In this document: one piece after another, positions 9,910-17,660 of the stretch
Position numbering within the stretch: the first letter of the stretch is position 1
Layout: the number at the start of each line of letters is the position of its first letter
Virus record (IMG/VR): IMGVR_UViG_3300027798_000161
Coordinates: 1 to 29,366 of that record
Reading direction: 5' to 3' (one strand)
Source: a virus
Taxonomy: Duplodnaviria > Caudoviricetes
DNA: 29,366 nt
Notes under the pieces: generated by a model
The model's input: only the letters and a program-made list of their open reading frames with translations
Database searches by the model: none
What the model was told of the DNA's origin: nothing
Translations under genes and position numbers: made by a program

Positions 9910-10420
9910 GTTTGTTAGCTATTAATTTACACAAATTTACGAATTCTTCTTGAGTATAACTTTGCTTCATATAGTTGACTTGCTTTATGACAAGCTGAAC
10001 ATTATCTAGTGTATAATCTAAATCACTATTTATTCTGTCCATGCTCATGTCAAAAGTATCTTCATCTATTTTCATAGCCGAACCACTTAATGCGCATAGT
10101 CCATTTTGTTTATTATACAATTCTATGAATTCTTCGTAAGTAATTTTAAATTCTTTATCTCTAGTAAGAGCACCTGCCCTCCATGTTTTATACAATCTTG
10201 TTGTGTGGAATGAAAATGGATCGTTAAGTCTTTTCTTAGTCTTTCTTCCAAACATAGCGGCTTTTGCCTTATCGGAAGTCCCCCTTCTGCCTATCTTAAT
10301 TCCTTGTTGCTTCATTTTAAGATAGAAACCCCCAACACTATACCCTTCCATTTTTGCTATGTCTTTAACAAGTAGATTAGGATCTGTTAAGTCATATTTA
10401 CTTAAATCAATTGTCTTCAT
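9902..10420 (-). CDS. Free-standing HNH/His-Me finger endonuclease-like protein
   Basis: QNGLCALSG...SMDRINSDLDYTLDNVQLV...NYMK motif; overlaps both neighbouring genes. Confidence 0.7.
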   Translation of the reverse strand: MKTIDLSKYDLTDPNLLVKDIAKMEGYSVGGFYLKMKQQGIKIGRRGTSDKAKAAMFGRKTKKRLNDPFSFHTTRLYKTWRAGALTRDKEFKITYEEFIELYNKQNGLCALSGSAMKIDEDTFDMSMDRINSDLDYTLDNVQLVIKQVNYMKQSYTQEEFVNLCKLIANKHA

Positions 10421-10806
10421 TAGAAAGCCCCCATATCTAAATTGGCATAAAGTATATTTGTAGTTGGGTCGAAAAACAAGTTCGCCGATTCTTGAACTAC
10501 ATTTCCCGTGCCTTCAAACAATACACGTCCAACAGTACCCGATGTGATAGCAGTCGTACCGATTGTGATTCCCGTTGATATTGTGAATGTTCTATCTGCT
10601 GATAGGTCTTGTGTAGTTCCGTTTATTGTTAGGGTGCGTGATGTTGGGACGAATCCCGTTGTCGCTCCCGCAACGATTTCCGCTCCAGTGATTGACTTGG
10701 TTACATAGCTTCCACTCACCAATTCAGATATCTCCAATAAATCGGTTGATGCAAGGTTGGCTCCTTTCGGATCCATCTGCGATATTTTCTTTGTTCTAAA
10801 TGCCAT
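10420..10806 (-). CDS. Tail fibre anchor/proximal protein
   Basis: KKISQM start, VPTSRTLTINGTTQDLSADRT fibre motif, C-terminal LDMGAF. Confidence 0.6.
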   Translation of the reverse strand: MAFRTKKISQMDPKGANLASTDLLEISELVSGSYVTKSITGAEIVAGATTGFVPTSRTLTINGTTQDLSADRTFTISTGITIGTTAITSGTVGRVLFEGTGNVVQESANLFFDPTTNILYANLDMGAF

Positions 10807-10808
10807 AT

Positions 10809-10836
10809 ATATATTAACAAAAATACCTCTTTTGTT
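10809..10836 (-). promoter_or_regulatory. Putative phage late promoter, copy 3 (AACA-N15-TTAATATAT)
   Basis: Ends 2 nt before ATG 10806, the first gene of the tail cluster. Confidence 0.6.
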
Positions 10837-11987
10837 TAGAAGGCGAAGTATGAGTCATCGGTATAGTATTCCTTTCGGATGTAAGTTCCGGCATATCGCA
10901 CCGCATCCATGGCATCATCCCACAGCTTCACCGGCTCATCCGTGATTTGGTCGCCTATCTTCTTCCACTTATAATTCTCGTATTCTTTTTTTATCCTGGA
11001 CTCATCCTCGCAGAACACTCCGAAGGTCTTGATGTTGTCGATGCCTTTCTTCACAACCTTGTTCGCATTCTGCACATCGTATCCTGCATTGTTCATTTCC
11101 GCGATTATCTCCGGTCGTGCGTAATCTGCCACAATCGTGATGTGCTTCTCCACTCCAAGTTGCTCACACTTCTCGATGAGATTGGTGGTGGTGAGGTAGC
11201 TCTCATAGATGACCGGCTCGATGTAGATGTCATCTTCACACCAATACACTCGCATGAGAGCAGTGGGGTGATTGTAACCGAAGTCAAGTCCATACACATA
11301 GTTCACGAATCTTGCAGGTCGATGCTTCACGAAGGTCCAATTGGAATAGATGTTTGATTTGCTGATTGCCTTCTCACCGAGTGCGTAGATTTGATACAGT
11401 GATTCATCGGTCCGCTTGAGGTCCTCGATTTGCCTACGGATTGAATCCGGAAGGAATGGATTGTCGCGGTACGTTGATTTGATGAGGATGCTCTCCTCCT
11501 TAGGTAACTCATACAACCAGGATGCTGATTCACTTGGATTGTAATCGAAGATGAGCTTTCCTTCGGTACGCATATTTATTTGAGTGAAGTCATCGAAAAA
11601 TAATTCGTTTGCCTCATTGCACCATGCGAGGTCGCGTTTCCTTCCTCTTATTTTTTGCTCATTATCGACTGAAAAGAATTCAATCATGCTTCCATTCGGG
11701 AAGGTGTAGATGTTCTCCGACTTGTTGTGAGCATTGACATCATAGATATCCATCTCCTTCATGATCTCAAGGAAATCCCTCATGACTGTTGCTCGAAGTG
11801 CAGGAAACGTTTTTCTGATAATAGATGTAACCTTCCCCCTATTTTGGAGAGAGTAAACAATTATCATTTGACAAAGGGAATATGTCTTAGATGACCTTGA
11901 GCCTCCCTCATTAATTATAAAACGTACATCCTTATCCTGGAGAGCTTGATAGTTCTTCTCAAAGATAACGGTGCTATTTATCTCCAT
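10836..11987 (-). CDS. terL: Terminase large subunit (PBSX/SPP1-like)
   Basis: Walker A GGSRSSKT, Walker B WCNEANE, DYNP, nuclease motifs GLDFGY and DDAMDAVRY. Confidence 0.95.
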   Translation of the reverse strand: MEINSTVIFEKNYQALQDKDVRFIINEGGSRSSKTYSLCQMIIVYSLQNRGKVTSIIRKTFPALRATVMRDFLEIMKEMDIYDVNAHNKSENIYTFPNGSMIEFFSVDNEQKIRGRKRDLAWCNEANELFFDDFTQINMRTEGKLIFDYNPSESASWLYELPKEESILIKSTYRDNPFLPDSIRRQIEDLKRTDESLYQIYALGEKAISKSNIYSNWTFVKHRPARFVNYVYGLDFGYNHPTALMRVYWCEDDIYIEPVIYESYLTTTNLIEKCEQLGVEKHITIVADYARPEIIAEMNNAGYDVQNANKVVKKGIDNIKTFGVFCEDESRIKKEYENYKWKKIGDQITDEPVKLWDDAMDAVRYAGTYIRKEYYTDDSYFAF

Positions 11988-12405
11988 CCGGCTTGATGAT
12001 GTTCACCTTGATTTCGTTGATGTCCTTTCCGTTGGTCGTGATGTCAGCCTTCTCGGTGAGTCCATTTAATCGTTGAGTGATGGATGCGTTGTATTGGCCA
12101 ACCATTCCTCCTGCAATTTGGTCATTGCGGATTTCATCGCTTATGCGTGAGCAGATTGTCGTAAACGCCGAATATCTCCCTCCCGTATTTGCAAAATAAT
12201 CATGCACAACCAAAGAATGATCGTGGCAAAACACTCTGAATCCACTCAAAGTCAATGGAGCTTCCAATGGAATAGGCTCAGCCTTCCCGGTTTTGTTACT
12301 CAATGAGTATTGGAATCGAGGATTCTCTTTAACGTGCTTCCGATACTTCTCGAATAGCTCATATAAATCCTCCGGTGTTTCAAAGTTGCGTGGCCTTCCT
12401 ATCAT
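11974..12405 (-). CDS. terS: Terminase small subunit (P22 gp3-like)
   Basis: GRPRNFETPEDLYELFEKY and PLTLSGF motifs; immediately upstream of terL. Confidence 0.85.
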   Translation of the reverse strand: MIGRPRNFETPEDLYELFEKYRKHVKENPRFQYSLSNKTGKAEPIPLEAPLTLSGFRVFCHDHSLVVHDYFANTGGRYSAFTTICSRISDEIRNDQIAGGMVGQYNASITQRLNGLTEKADITTNGKDINEIKVNIIKPDGDK

Positions 12406-12674
12406 TATTCCTCTCCTTTACCTGGTGTTGGTTTTACTCTTCTTTTTCTCTTTGGAATCGGTTTTGCACTCACTTCCTGCTCTATGCCCTCATATTGAAT
12501 GCATTTCTCAGGTGCGGTTGTTGTTTCCGATTCGTTCTCAAATAAATATCCCATGCCAATTGACACATAATATTTGTACTTTGATACATCTATATTATCA
12601 ACAACAACGGTTATGTTTCGAACTGTTGCGTGTTTGACAATAGTTTTCCCTTTATATTCCTCCTTGATTCTCAT
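12405..12674 (-). CDS. Hypothetical protein
   Basis: 89 aa ORF coupled to terS. Confidence 0.65.
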   Translation of the reverse strand: MRIKEEYKGKTIVKHATVRNITVVVDNIDVSKYKYYVSIGMGYLFENESETTTAPEKCIQYEGIEQEVSAKPIPKRKRRVKPTPGKGEE

Positions 12675-13191
12675 TTTTTATCCTATTTAGATCGTGTTTA
12701 ATATCCCTAATGTAATAATGAGCCGATGTCACCGGAATGTCAAAATACTTAGCCATTGACCTGGCGGTGTTATATCCCTTCTCATAATATGCTTGAAAGA
12801 TTATGACCTTGATTCTGTCCTTCATCTCTCTCTTGTATATCTCAATGCATGACTTGTGGTCATGGTATTTCTTTTCCTCTCTAATCTTTTGCTCCAAATC
12901 CTCCTCGTCATCGCAGTCATTCGGAATATCAAGCTCATTGGCACCCACTCTCTCCTCAAGTTGACTGATTGACGTGGACCAAAGGATTTGTTTCTTGATT
13001 GTATTCAATAAGTAGCTCTTGACCTTATTCTCATCCTTTGTGTCATCACTTATCTCAGCCACATAAAGATATGAGTTGTTAATGACCACATCGGCACTCA
13101 TCCTGGCTTTGAATTTAGTGAGGAAATACTCAGTGTACGTCCTCACCTCATCATAATGCCTTGAGATATATCGGTCAAGTGTTTGCTTCAT
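12652..13191 (-). CDS. Putative sigma-70/ECF-like factor (late transcription)
   Basis: Region-2-like ADVVINNSYL...KSYLLNTIK and C-terminal HTH TARSMAKYFDIPVTSAHYYI; upstream of the terminase genes. Confidence 0.6.
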   Translation of the reverse strand: MKQTLDRYISRHYDEVRTYTEYFLTKFKARMSADVVINNSYLYVAEISDDTKDENKVKSYLLNTIKKQILWSTSISQLEERVGANELDIPNDCDDEEDLEQKIREEKKYHDHKSCIEIYKREMKDRIKVIIFQAYYEKGYNTARSMAKYFDIPVTSAHYYIRDIKHDLNRIKNENQGGI

Positions 13192-13378
13192 ACCATTCAA
13201 TGAATTGCTTATAATATATCTTCCTCACTGTCCTGGCACAAAAGCAATCGGTTGTTTTCTCTCCGGTGTGCTTATCGTATATCTTATAAAGTGATATCAA
13301 CGTGATTTTGGCATACTTAGACGCATCACTTGACGTGACAATCTCATTGATATATTTTACTTCAGCTTCGCTAAACAT
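13175..13378 (-). CDS. Hypothetical protein with CxC motif
   Basis: 67 aa, DCFCA. Confidence 0.6.
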   Translation of the reverse strand: MFSEAEVKYINEIVTSSDASKYAKITLISLYKIYDKHTGEKTTDCFCARTVRKIYYKQFIEWYEANT

Positions 13379-13605
13379 TCCTCAATTATAAACGCAATGA
13401 ATGACACAATAGTTGCCTGAATGAAATCACCGGTGATGATCCATGTGGACCATAAGCTCATGCATTTCCAACAACCAAGTCCGGCATGAATGTAGTTGAC
13501 CAAGTGATTTGGTTTGATTCGCATTGCCAATCCATCCCATATCATTTGCAGTGGCTCAAAGGATACCAGGAACCAACTGAGTGCGAGTGAAGCTAAATAA
13601 GTCAT
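13357..13605 (-). CDS. Small membrane protein with CxxC (DUF1360-like)
   Basis: Hydrophobic segments flanking CWKCMSLW. Confidence 0.55.
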   Translation of the reverse strand: MTYLASLALSWFLVSFEPLQMIWDGLAMRIKPNHLVNYIHAGLGCWKCMSLWSTWIITGDFIQATIVSFIAFIIEECLAKLK

Positions 13606-13937
13606 ATCTTTAATTTTTCAATATACAAGGTTGCATCCATCAATTCATCCTGGAGATGATTCAACCAATCAATCAAAGGTAAGTAATTATTCTCCAATGT
13701 GGTACCATATTTTTTAATTCCCATCTCGGAACGTTCATAATACTTGGTTATGACCTTCATTACGATTGGATCGGTGTTGATTGGTTTCTCCTCAGGGATG
13801 ATTTCCACTTCCTCAAGCATTGCACCAAATGTTCTCAGCTCTTCAGCAAAGATTTGCTTGGTATTTGAATTAATCTCATTCATCATTATCTCCATAAAGT
13901 CATATAAGTTTTGGAGCTCTTTGTTAGTTTTTTTCAT
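13602..13937 (-). CDS. Putative all-alpha NTP pyrophosphohydrolase (MazG-like)
   Basis: KKYGTTL...WLNHLQDELMDATLY motif. Confidence 0.5.
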   Translation of the reverse strand: MKKTNKELQNLYDFMEIMMNEINSNTKQIFAEELRTFGAMLEEVEIIPEEKPINTDPIVMKVITKYYERSEMGIKKYGTTLENNYLPLIDWLNHLQDELMDATLYIEKLKI

Positions 13938-13938
13938 C

Positions 13939-14133
13939 TCAATTCATTTGACATTTAACTTCATCGAATGCAGCTGCATCCACTTCATCGATATATACCT
14001 CATCATCTTCCATCGTTAACACAATGCAATAATTGACATTCATCCCACTGAACACATCCTGAAACCGGTTGATGATCATGTGTGGATTCTCATTCTTGGT
14101 GCCAACATAGGCAATGAAGTATCTATCTCTCAT
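13939..14133 (-). CDS. Hypothetical protein
   Basis: ATG 14133 (MRDRYFIAYVG...) overlaps the end of the upstream gene. Confidence 0.6.
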   Translation of the reverse strand: MRDRYFIAYVGTKNENPHMIINRFQDVFSGMNVNYCIVLTMEDDEVYIDEVDAAAFDEVKCQMN

Positions 14134-14332
14134 AATACTTGAAAAATTTGATGTAGAACTCCTCATTCACTGGATGACCTTTCAAGAATCTCCACAACTG
14201 AAGATAAGTGATTCCCATGTCCTCAGCGATATGAGCTAATTTGTATCTCTTGGATACCCGTGACCTCACCTCTCTATCGATGAAGTCACGAATGGTTTCC
14301 CCATCAGAAAGGTGAATCGTCAAAGCTCTCAT
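14123..14332 (-). CDS. XRE/Cro-like HTH DNA-binding protein
   Basis: LAHIAEDMGITYLQLWRFLKG helix-turn-helix pattern. Confidence 0.6.
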   Translation of the reverse strand: MRALTIHLSDGETIRDFIDREVRSRVSKRYKLAHIAEDMGITYLQLWRFLKGHPVNEEFYIKFFKYYER

Positions 14333-14606
14333 CAACTACCGGCATTGAGTTAATATTCCACACATCCAAAGTATTGTAATACTTCCCGTTGTATTCTCTT
14401 CCTCTCAGATTGAATTTCACTGTGATATCGATACCAGGTGAATACTCATCCAACATTTTACACTTGTCTTGAGCTAATTGGAATGAGATGTCCTGAGGAT
14501 ACTCTCCATTTGGTACTGTAAGGACGAACATTCTCACTGAGAACTTGTCGCTGATTTGTTTGATTGGCTCAATTACTTTGATTGTGCCTGTTACTGATAA
14601 TTCCAT
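14304..14606 (-). CDS. DUF3127 family protein (OB-fold, SSB-like)
   Basis: EYPQDISFQL and VKFNLRGREYNGKYYNTLDVW motifs; acidic tail DDSPF. Confidence 0.85.
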   Translation of the reverse strand: MELSVTGTIKVIEPIKQISDKFSVRMFVLTVPNGEYPQDISFQLAQDKCKMLDEYSPGIDITVKFNLRGREYNGKYYNTLDVWNINSMPVVDESFDDSPF

Positions 14607-14627
14607 ATTTGATTTAATTGTTTACGT

Positions 14628-14732
14628 TTAAAATGCTCCGCTGAATACTTGTGAAGCTATCATTGTCATTACTGCAATTATAATTATCGTTATGATTGTC
14701 ATTCCGATTATTGCAATCGTTTTCTCTTTCAT
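14628..14732 (-). CDS. 34-aa single-pass membrane peptide; starts in the last array repeat
   Basis: Hand-translated MKEKTIAIIGMTIITIIIIAVMTMIASQVFSGAF. Confidence 0.6.
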   Translation of the reverse strand: MKEKTIAIIGMTIITIIIIAVMTMIASQVFSGAF

Positions 14733-14887
14733 TGTTCTTGTTGTTTAAGTTCTTCTAATTCTTGTTCTTTTTGTAATTTTAATTCTTGTAGGCCTTCAAT
14801 AACTTTTTTCAAACGCCTAATCTCAAATTCTTCAAATGTTAAAGTATTATCAAAATATTCAATGCTAAGAGATTCTACTGTTTTCAT
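14729..14887 (-). CDS. Cassette ORF, 52 aa coiled-coil-like, ends KQQEQ
   Basis: Hand-translated MKTVESLSIEYFDNTLTFEEFEIRRLKKVIEGLQELKLQKEQELEELKQQEQ; fills one repeat-to-repeat unit exactly. Confidence 0.75.
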   Translation of the reverse strand: MKTVESLSIEYFDNTLTFEEFEIRRLKKVIEGLQELKLQKEQELEELKQQEQ

Positions 14888-15096
14888 TGTTCTTGTTGGT
14901 TTAAAATGTCAAGTTCTTTTCTGACTGATTTCCAATACAATCTGTCTTCTGGGTAGTGTAGGCAATCACTTTCAATAATTGTATCTACTGCTACTTGTGC
15001 TGATAATATAGCGTTATCACATTCTCTGCAATTAAAATTAAATTTATCTACTAATTCTTTTGCTTGTTCTTTTGTTGTTAATTGTTTCTCTTTCAT
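14884..15096 (-). CDS. Cassette ORF, 70 aa, ends NQQEQ; homolog of 21141-21320
   Basis: KEQAKELVDKF...AVD...YWKSVRKEL pattern. Confidence 0.75.
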   Translation of the reverse strand: MKEKQLTTKEQAKELVDKFNFNCRECDNAILSAQVAVDTIIESDCLHYPEDRLYWKSVRKELDILNQQEQ

Positions 15097-15374
15097 TGTT
15101 CTTGTTGTTTAGTTTCAATTCGTTTTTTATACCCATTACAAATATCAAGAATGAAATCCATTCTATCTTCTTCAGAATCGAATCCAGTCATCATTTCATC
15201 TAATGTATCTTTTAAAATAGCAACTTGACTTTCAATTGATTCGTGTTTTTGTCTTTTATCAATTTTTTCTGCTTGTTCAAATATTTGGTCAAAGGTCATA
15301 TTTTCATACCAATACTCATCGCACATTAATTTCTCTTTAATATACTCTACTGCTGATAATTTTTCTTTTTTCAT
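15093..15374 (-). CDS. Cassette ORF, 93 aa, ends KQQEQ
   Basis: SAVEY...FEQAEK resembles TAVEW...IQQAKE of the neighbouring cassette. Confidence 0.75.
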   Translation of the reverse strand: MKKEKLSAVEYIKEKLMCDEYWYENMTFDQIFEQAEKIDKRQKHESIESQVAILKDTLDEMMTGFDSEEDRMDFILDICNGYKKRIETKQQEQ

Positions 15375-15595
15375 TGTTCTTGTTGTTTAAATGTTTCGTT
15401 GTAGTAATGTTCTGTGTTAAGAAATGCAGTTAGTACATCTAAATCTTTTGCTTTGTCTAAACATTTTCTTGCAAAATCAATATTCTGGTTCTTTTCCATT
15501 TCTTTGGCTTGTTGTATATGAAATCTAAAATCGGGAGTACAATTCTCTATACCTCCAAAATGCTCATTAATCAACCATTCTACTGCTGTCTTCAT
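15371..15595 (-). CDS. Cassette ORF, 74 aa (MKTAVEWL type), ends KQQEQ
   Basis: Bounded by repeats at both ends. Confidence 0.75.
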   Translation of the reverse strand: MKTAVEWLINEHFGGIENCTPDFRFHIQQAKEMEKNQNIDFARKCLDKAKDLDVLTAFLNTEHYYNETFKQQEQ

Positions 15596-15750
15596 TGTTC
15601 TTGTTGTTTAAATTTTACTTTTAACTTTCTTAATATTCTACCATCTTTAGTGGCTTTATTTGCGTGAAATGTACAATACCATTTGCATTCAAAATATTGG
15701 CTATTTGTTATTGTTGAATTTCTTGTGCAATTTTTATGTTCGCATTTCAT
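15592..15750 (-). CDS. Cassette ORF, 52 aa putative zinc finger, ends KQQEQ
   Basis: Hand-translated MKCEHKNCTRNSTITNSQYFECKWYCTFHANKATKDGRILRKLKVKFKQQEQ. Confidence 0.7.
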   Translation of the reverse strand: MKCEHKNCTRNSTITNSQYFECKWYCTFHANKATKDGRILRKLKVKFKQQEQ

Positions 15751-16034
15751 TGTTCTTGTTGTTTAGTTATAATTTCATGTTTAACTCCAAATTTATCATA
15801 GGTAGTGATTGTAGCATCTCCAACTCTTATTTTTGGTTCATTAGGTTCATCAACTATTCTAAATGATTCTTCGTTTTCTTTCCACTCGTCTACTATCTCA
15901 AGGTTACCACTGAATACATATCCAATTGCTCTCAAAAGTCCTTCTACCATTTGTAACGCTTCGTCAAGGTCAACATCGTTGAATGGGACTTCATGTGTCA
16001 CTGTGTGTTCGTATTGTTCGATTGTTATTTTCAT
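15747..16034 (-). CDS. First ORF of the array, 95 aa, ends KQQEQ
   Basis: ATGA-coupled to the exonuclease; repeat at its 3' end only. Confidence 0.75.
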   Translation of the reverse strand: MKITIEQYEHTVTHEVPFNDVDLDEALQMVEGLLRAIGYVFSGNLEIVDEWKENEESFRIVDEPNEPKIRVGDATITTYDKFGVKHEIITKQQEQ

Positions 16035-16648
16035 TTCGCTTCCAATAATTTATAATACTCATTATAATACTCAGTACACAATTCCAATCTCTCAACCATC
16101 TCTTGCTCCTTCGCTTCATCACGATCAAAAGAAAGTACGGTGATTCTCTTCTCCGGTGCGATGTGGTCAACGCGGTGTATATCTAAGTTCTCCCACTCGT
16201 TCAGTAGTTCGTTGGATGTAGTTACCATGCAATATATTAATTCTGCCTTAGGTCGGTCATATAACCTCATGTAAGCTCTCAACTGCCACTCATATATTGT
16301 ATCATATCCATCCTCTGCCATCACTGGAAAGGTATCCAATGACCAGGATGTTTTGATGTCGATTATTGAATCATTAGTGATGATATCACATTCACCGGTC
16401 ATCAGCTCGTCAACCATTCGCACAGTGTTCTTGATGTATCCATCGAATCGCACAGTATTAAGCAGGTCAATTGAGTCCTGCTCTTGCATCAATCCTTTTT
16501 GGATGTACTTATTGTTGATTTCACTTCGGTAACCGTAAAAATTCTCCTTTGCAATCTGCTTGATGTAACTCTTCGCAGTTGCTCCCATTTCATTCTTGCC
16601 TCGGCCATTGGTCATCAACTTGCCGATGGAGGATGGATGCCACTTCAT
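16031..16648 (-). CDS. YqaJ/lambda exonuclease-like PD-(D/E)xK nuclease
   Basis: PSSIGKLM, KG...E, GECD...IDIKTSW and YEWQLRAYM motifs. Confidence 0.8.
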   Translation of the reverse strand: MKWHPSSIGKLMTNGRGKNEMGATAKSYIKQIAKENFYGYRSEINNKYIQKGLMQEQDSIDLLNTVRFDGYIKNTVRMVDELMTGECDIITNDSIIDIKTSWSLDTFPVMAEDGYDTIYEWQLRAYMRLYDRPKAELIYCMVTTSNELLNEWENLDIHRVDHIAPEKRITVLSFDRDEAKEQEMVERLELCTEYYNEYYKLLEAK

Positions 16649-17166
16649 ACTTCTAATGCTTTAAGTTGTACCTCAGTCAATGACCATTTCTCAATCAATT
16701 GCTCCTTTGTATACTTTCCTGCACTAATGGATGCCACTGCGGATTCAAATCTCGCATTGTCAAGAGCAGGTTTCACCGGATTGACTGCAATCGATGCTGC
16801 CTTTCCATCATCATCCACTGCCTGAAGTGAAAGAAGTGATTGCAATGTACCTCTTCGGAAGTAAGTAACCGCACTAAGTACCTTTTGTGGATCCGTTATA
16901 ATCGGCAAGGTCATGAATGATTCAACCATTTCACCTGAATCGATATCAATAATGCGAGTCACTACATCGGTACCAATCACCGGCTGAAGCAATATCAAAC
17001 CATTCTCCAATAAGATTGGCTCAACTGCGGTAAGCAATGCATTGATATCGGCATACGACTTTTTGAAATGTGGATTAGTGGCGTTCTTCGCTACCTTTCC
17101 GATTTGCTGTTTAGCAAGATGCAACTTTTTGTACAGAGTTGATACTGTTTGTTCTTGTTTTTCCAT
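16645..17166 (-). CDS. ERF-family single-strand annealing protein
   Basis: NPHFKKSYAD and SAVTYFRR...DDDG signature. Confidence 0.85.
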   Translation of the reverse strand: MEKQEQTVSTLYKKLHLAKQQIGKVAKNATNPHFKKSYADINALLTAVEPILLENGLILLQPVIGTDVVTRIIDIDSGEMVESFMTLPIITDPQKVLSAVTYFRRGTLQSLLSLQAVDDDGKAASIAVNPVKPALDNARFESAVASISAGKYTKEQLIEKWSLTEVQLKALEV

Positions 17167-17188
17167 TATTTAGCGTGTTAATTTTCAA

Positions 17189-17218
17189 TAAAGATAATAA
17201 ACTATTTTAGATTGGCAA
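17189..17218 (-). promoter_or_regulatory. Host-type promoter TTG-N19-TATCTTTA for the recombination operon
   Basis: Near-consensus Bacteroidota -33/-7 with 19-nt spacer upstream of ERF. Confidence 0.5.
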
Positions 17219-17660
17219 TAAAATTATCATAAAATTCGATGAAATCATCAAAAGTTCGAGAGATATAGTACACTCCTCCAGCATCTTCAATCATTTGTTG
17301 ATATACTTTTTGTGCATCTGATTGCCTATCCTTCCCATACTTCACCTCAATCTTGACTGAGCGACCTCGAATGGTTGCCGAGATATCTGCGGAACCTGGT
17401 GTTCCCGTTCCCTTTGTCCATTGTCCTCCCATCTCCACTCCATCAGTACGGTACTTTTTGCGATATAATCCCATCGTATTGATTCGCTCTGCTTGACATC
17501 CACTCATCTGAAGGAATCCACATATGGATTTGGTGAGTGCGTTTGCTGAGTTATCTTGCCAATTAGTTAGAAAGCTATCCACATATGGCAACTTTGGATA
17601 CTTCGCTCGTGTGAGAGCTCTTTCGAGGTCTTTGATTCGTTCTTTGTTTTGTTTTGTCAT
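17202..17660 (-). CDS. VRR-NUC-like nuclease / putative junction resolvase
   Basis: PGSADI...IEVK...RQSDAQ...AGG motif. Confidence 0.75.
   Translation of the reverse strand: MTKQNKERIKDLERALTRAKYPKLPYVDSFLTNWQDNSANALTKSICGFLQMSGCQAERINTMGLYRKKYRTDGVEMGGQWTKGTGTPGSADISATIRGRSVKIEVKYGKDRQSDAQKVYQQMIEDAGGVYYISRTFDDFIEFYDNFIANLK

Larger units (their letters stand above)
14728..15765 (-). repeat. Six 20-bp gene-junction direct repeats, TAAACAACAAGAACAATGAA
   Basis: Exact copies at 14728, 15092, 15370, 15591 and 15746; an 18/20 copy at 14883; spacing 155, 209, 278, 221, 155. Confidence 0.95.

Noticed and set aside
9902-10420. Group I intron carrying the HNH gene
   Set aside because: The ORF overlaps both neighbours, leaving no room for intron core structure
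14123-14332. Lysogeny module
   Set aside because: A lone HTH inside an operon, with no integrase, partition genes or divergent repressor pair recognised
14728-15765. CRISPR array
   Set aside because: Spacers are 135-258 bp and each is an intact ORF; the repeat is not palindromic; no cas genes recognised
14728-15765. Classical integron with attC sites
   Set aside because: No inverted-repeat attC structure and no tyrosine integrase recognised
16232-16240. Fifth copy of the late promoter (TTAATATAT)
   Set aside because: Lies inside the exonuclease gene and lacks the AACA element at the conserved spacing
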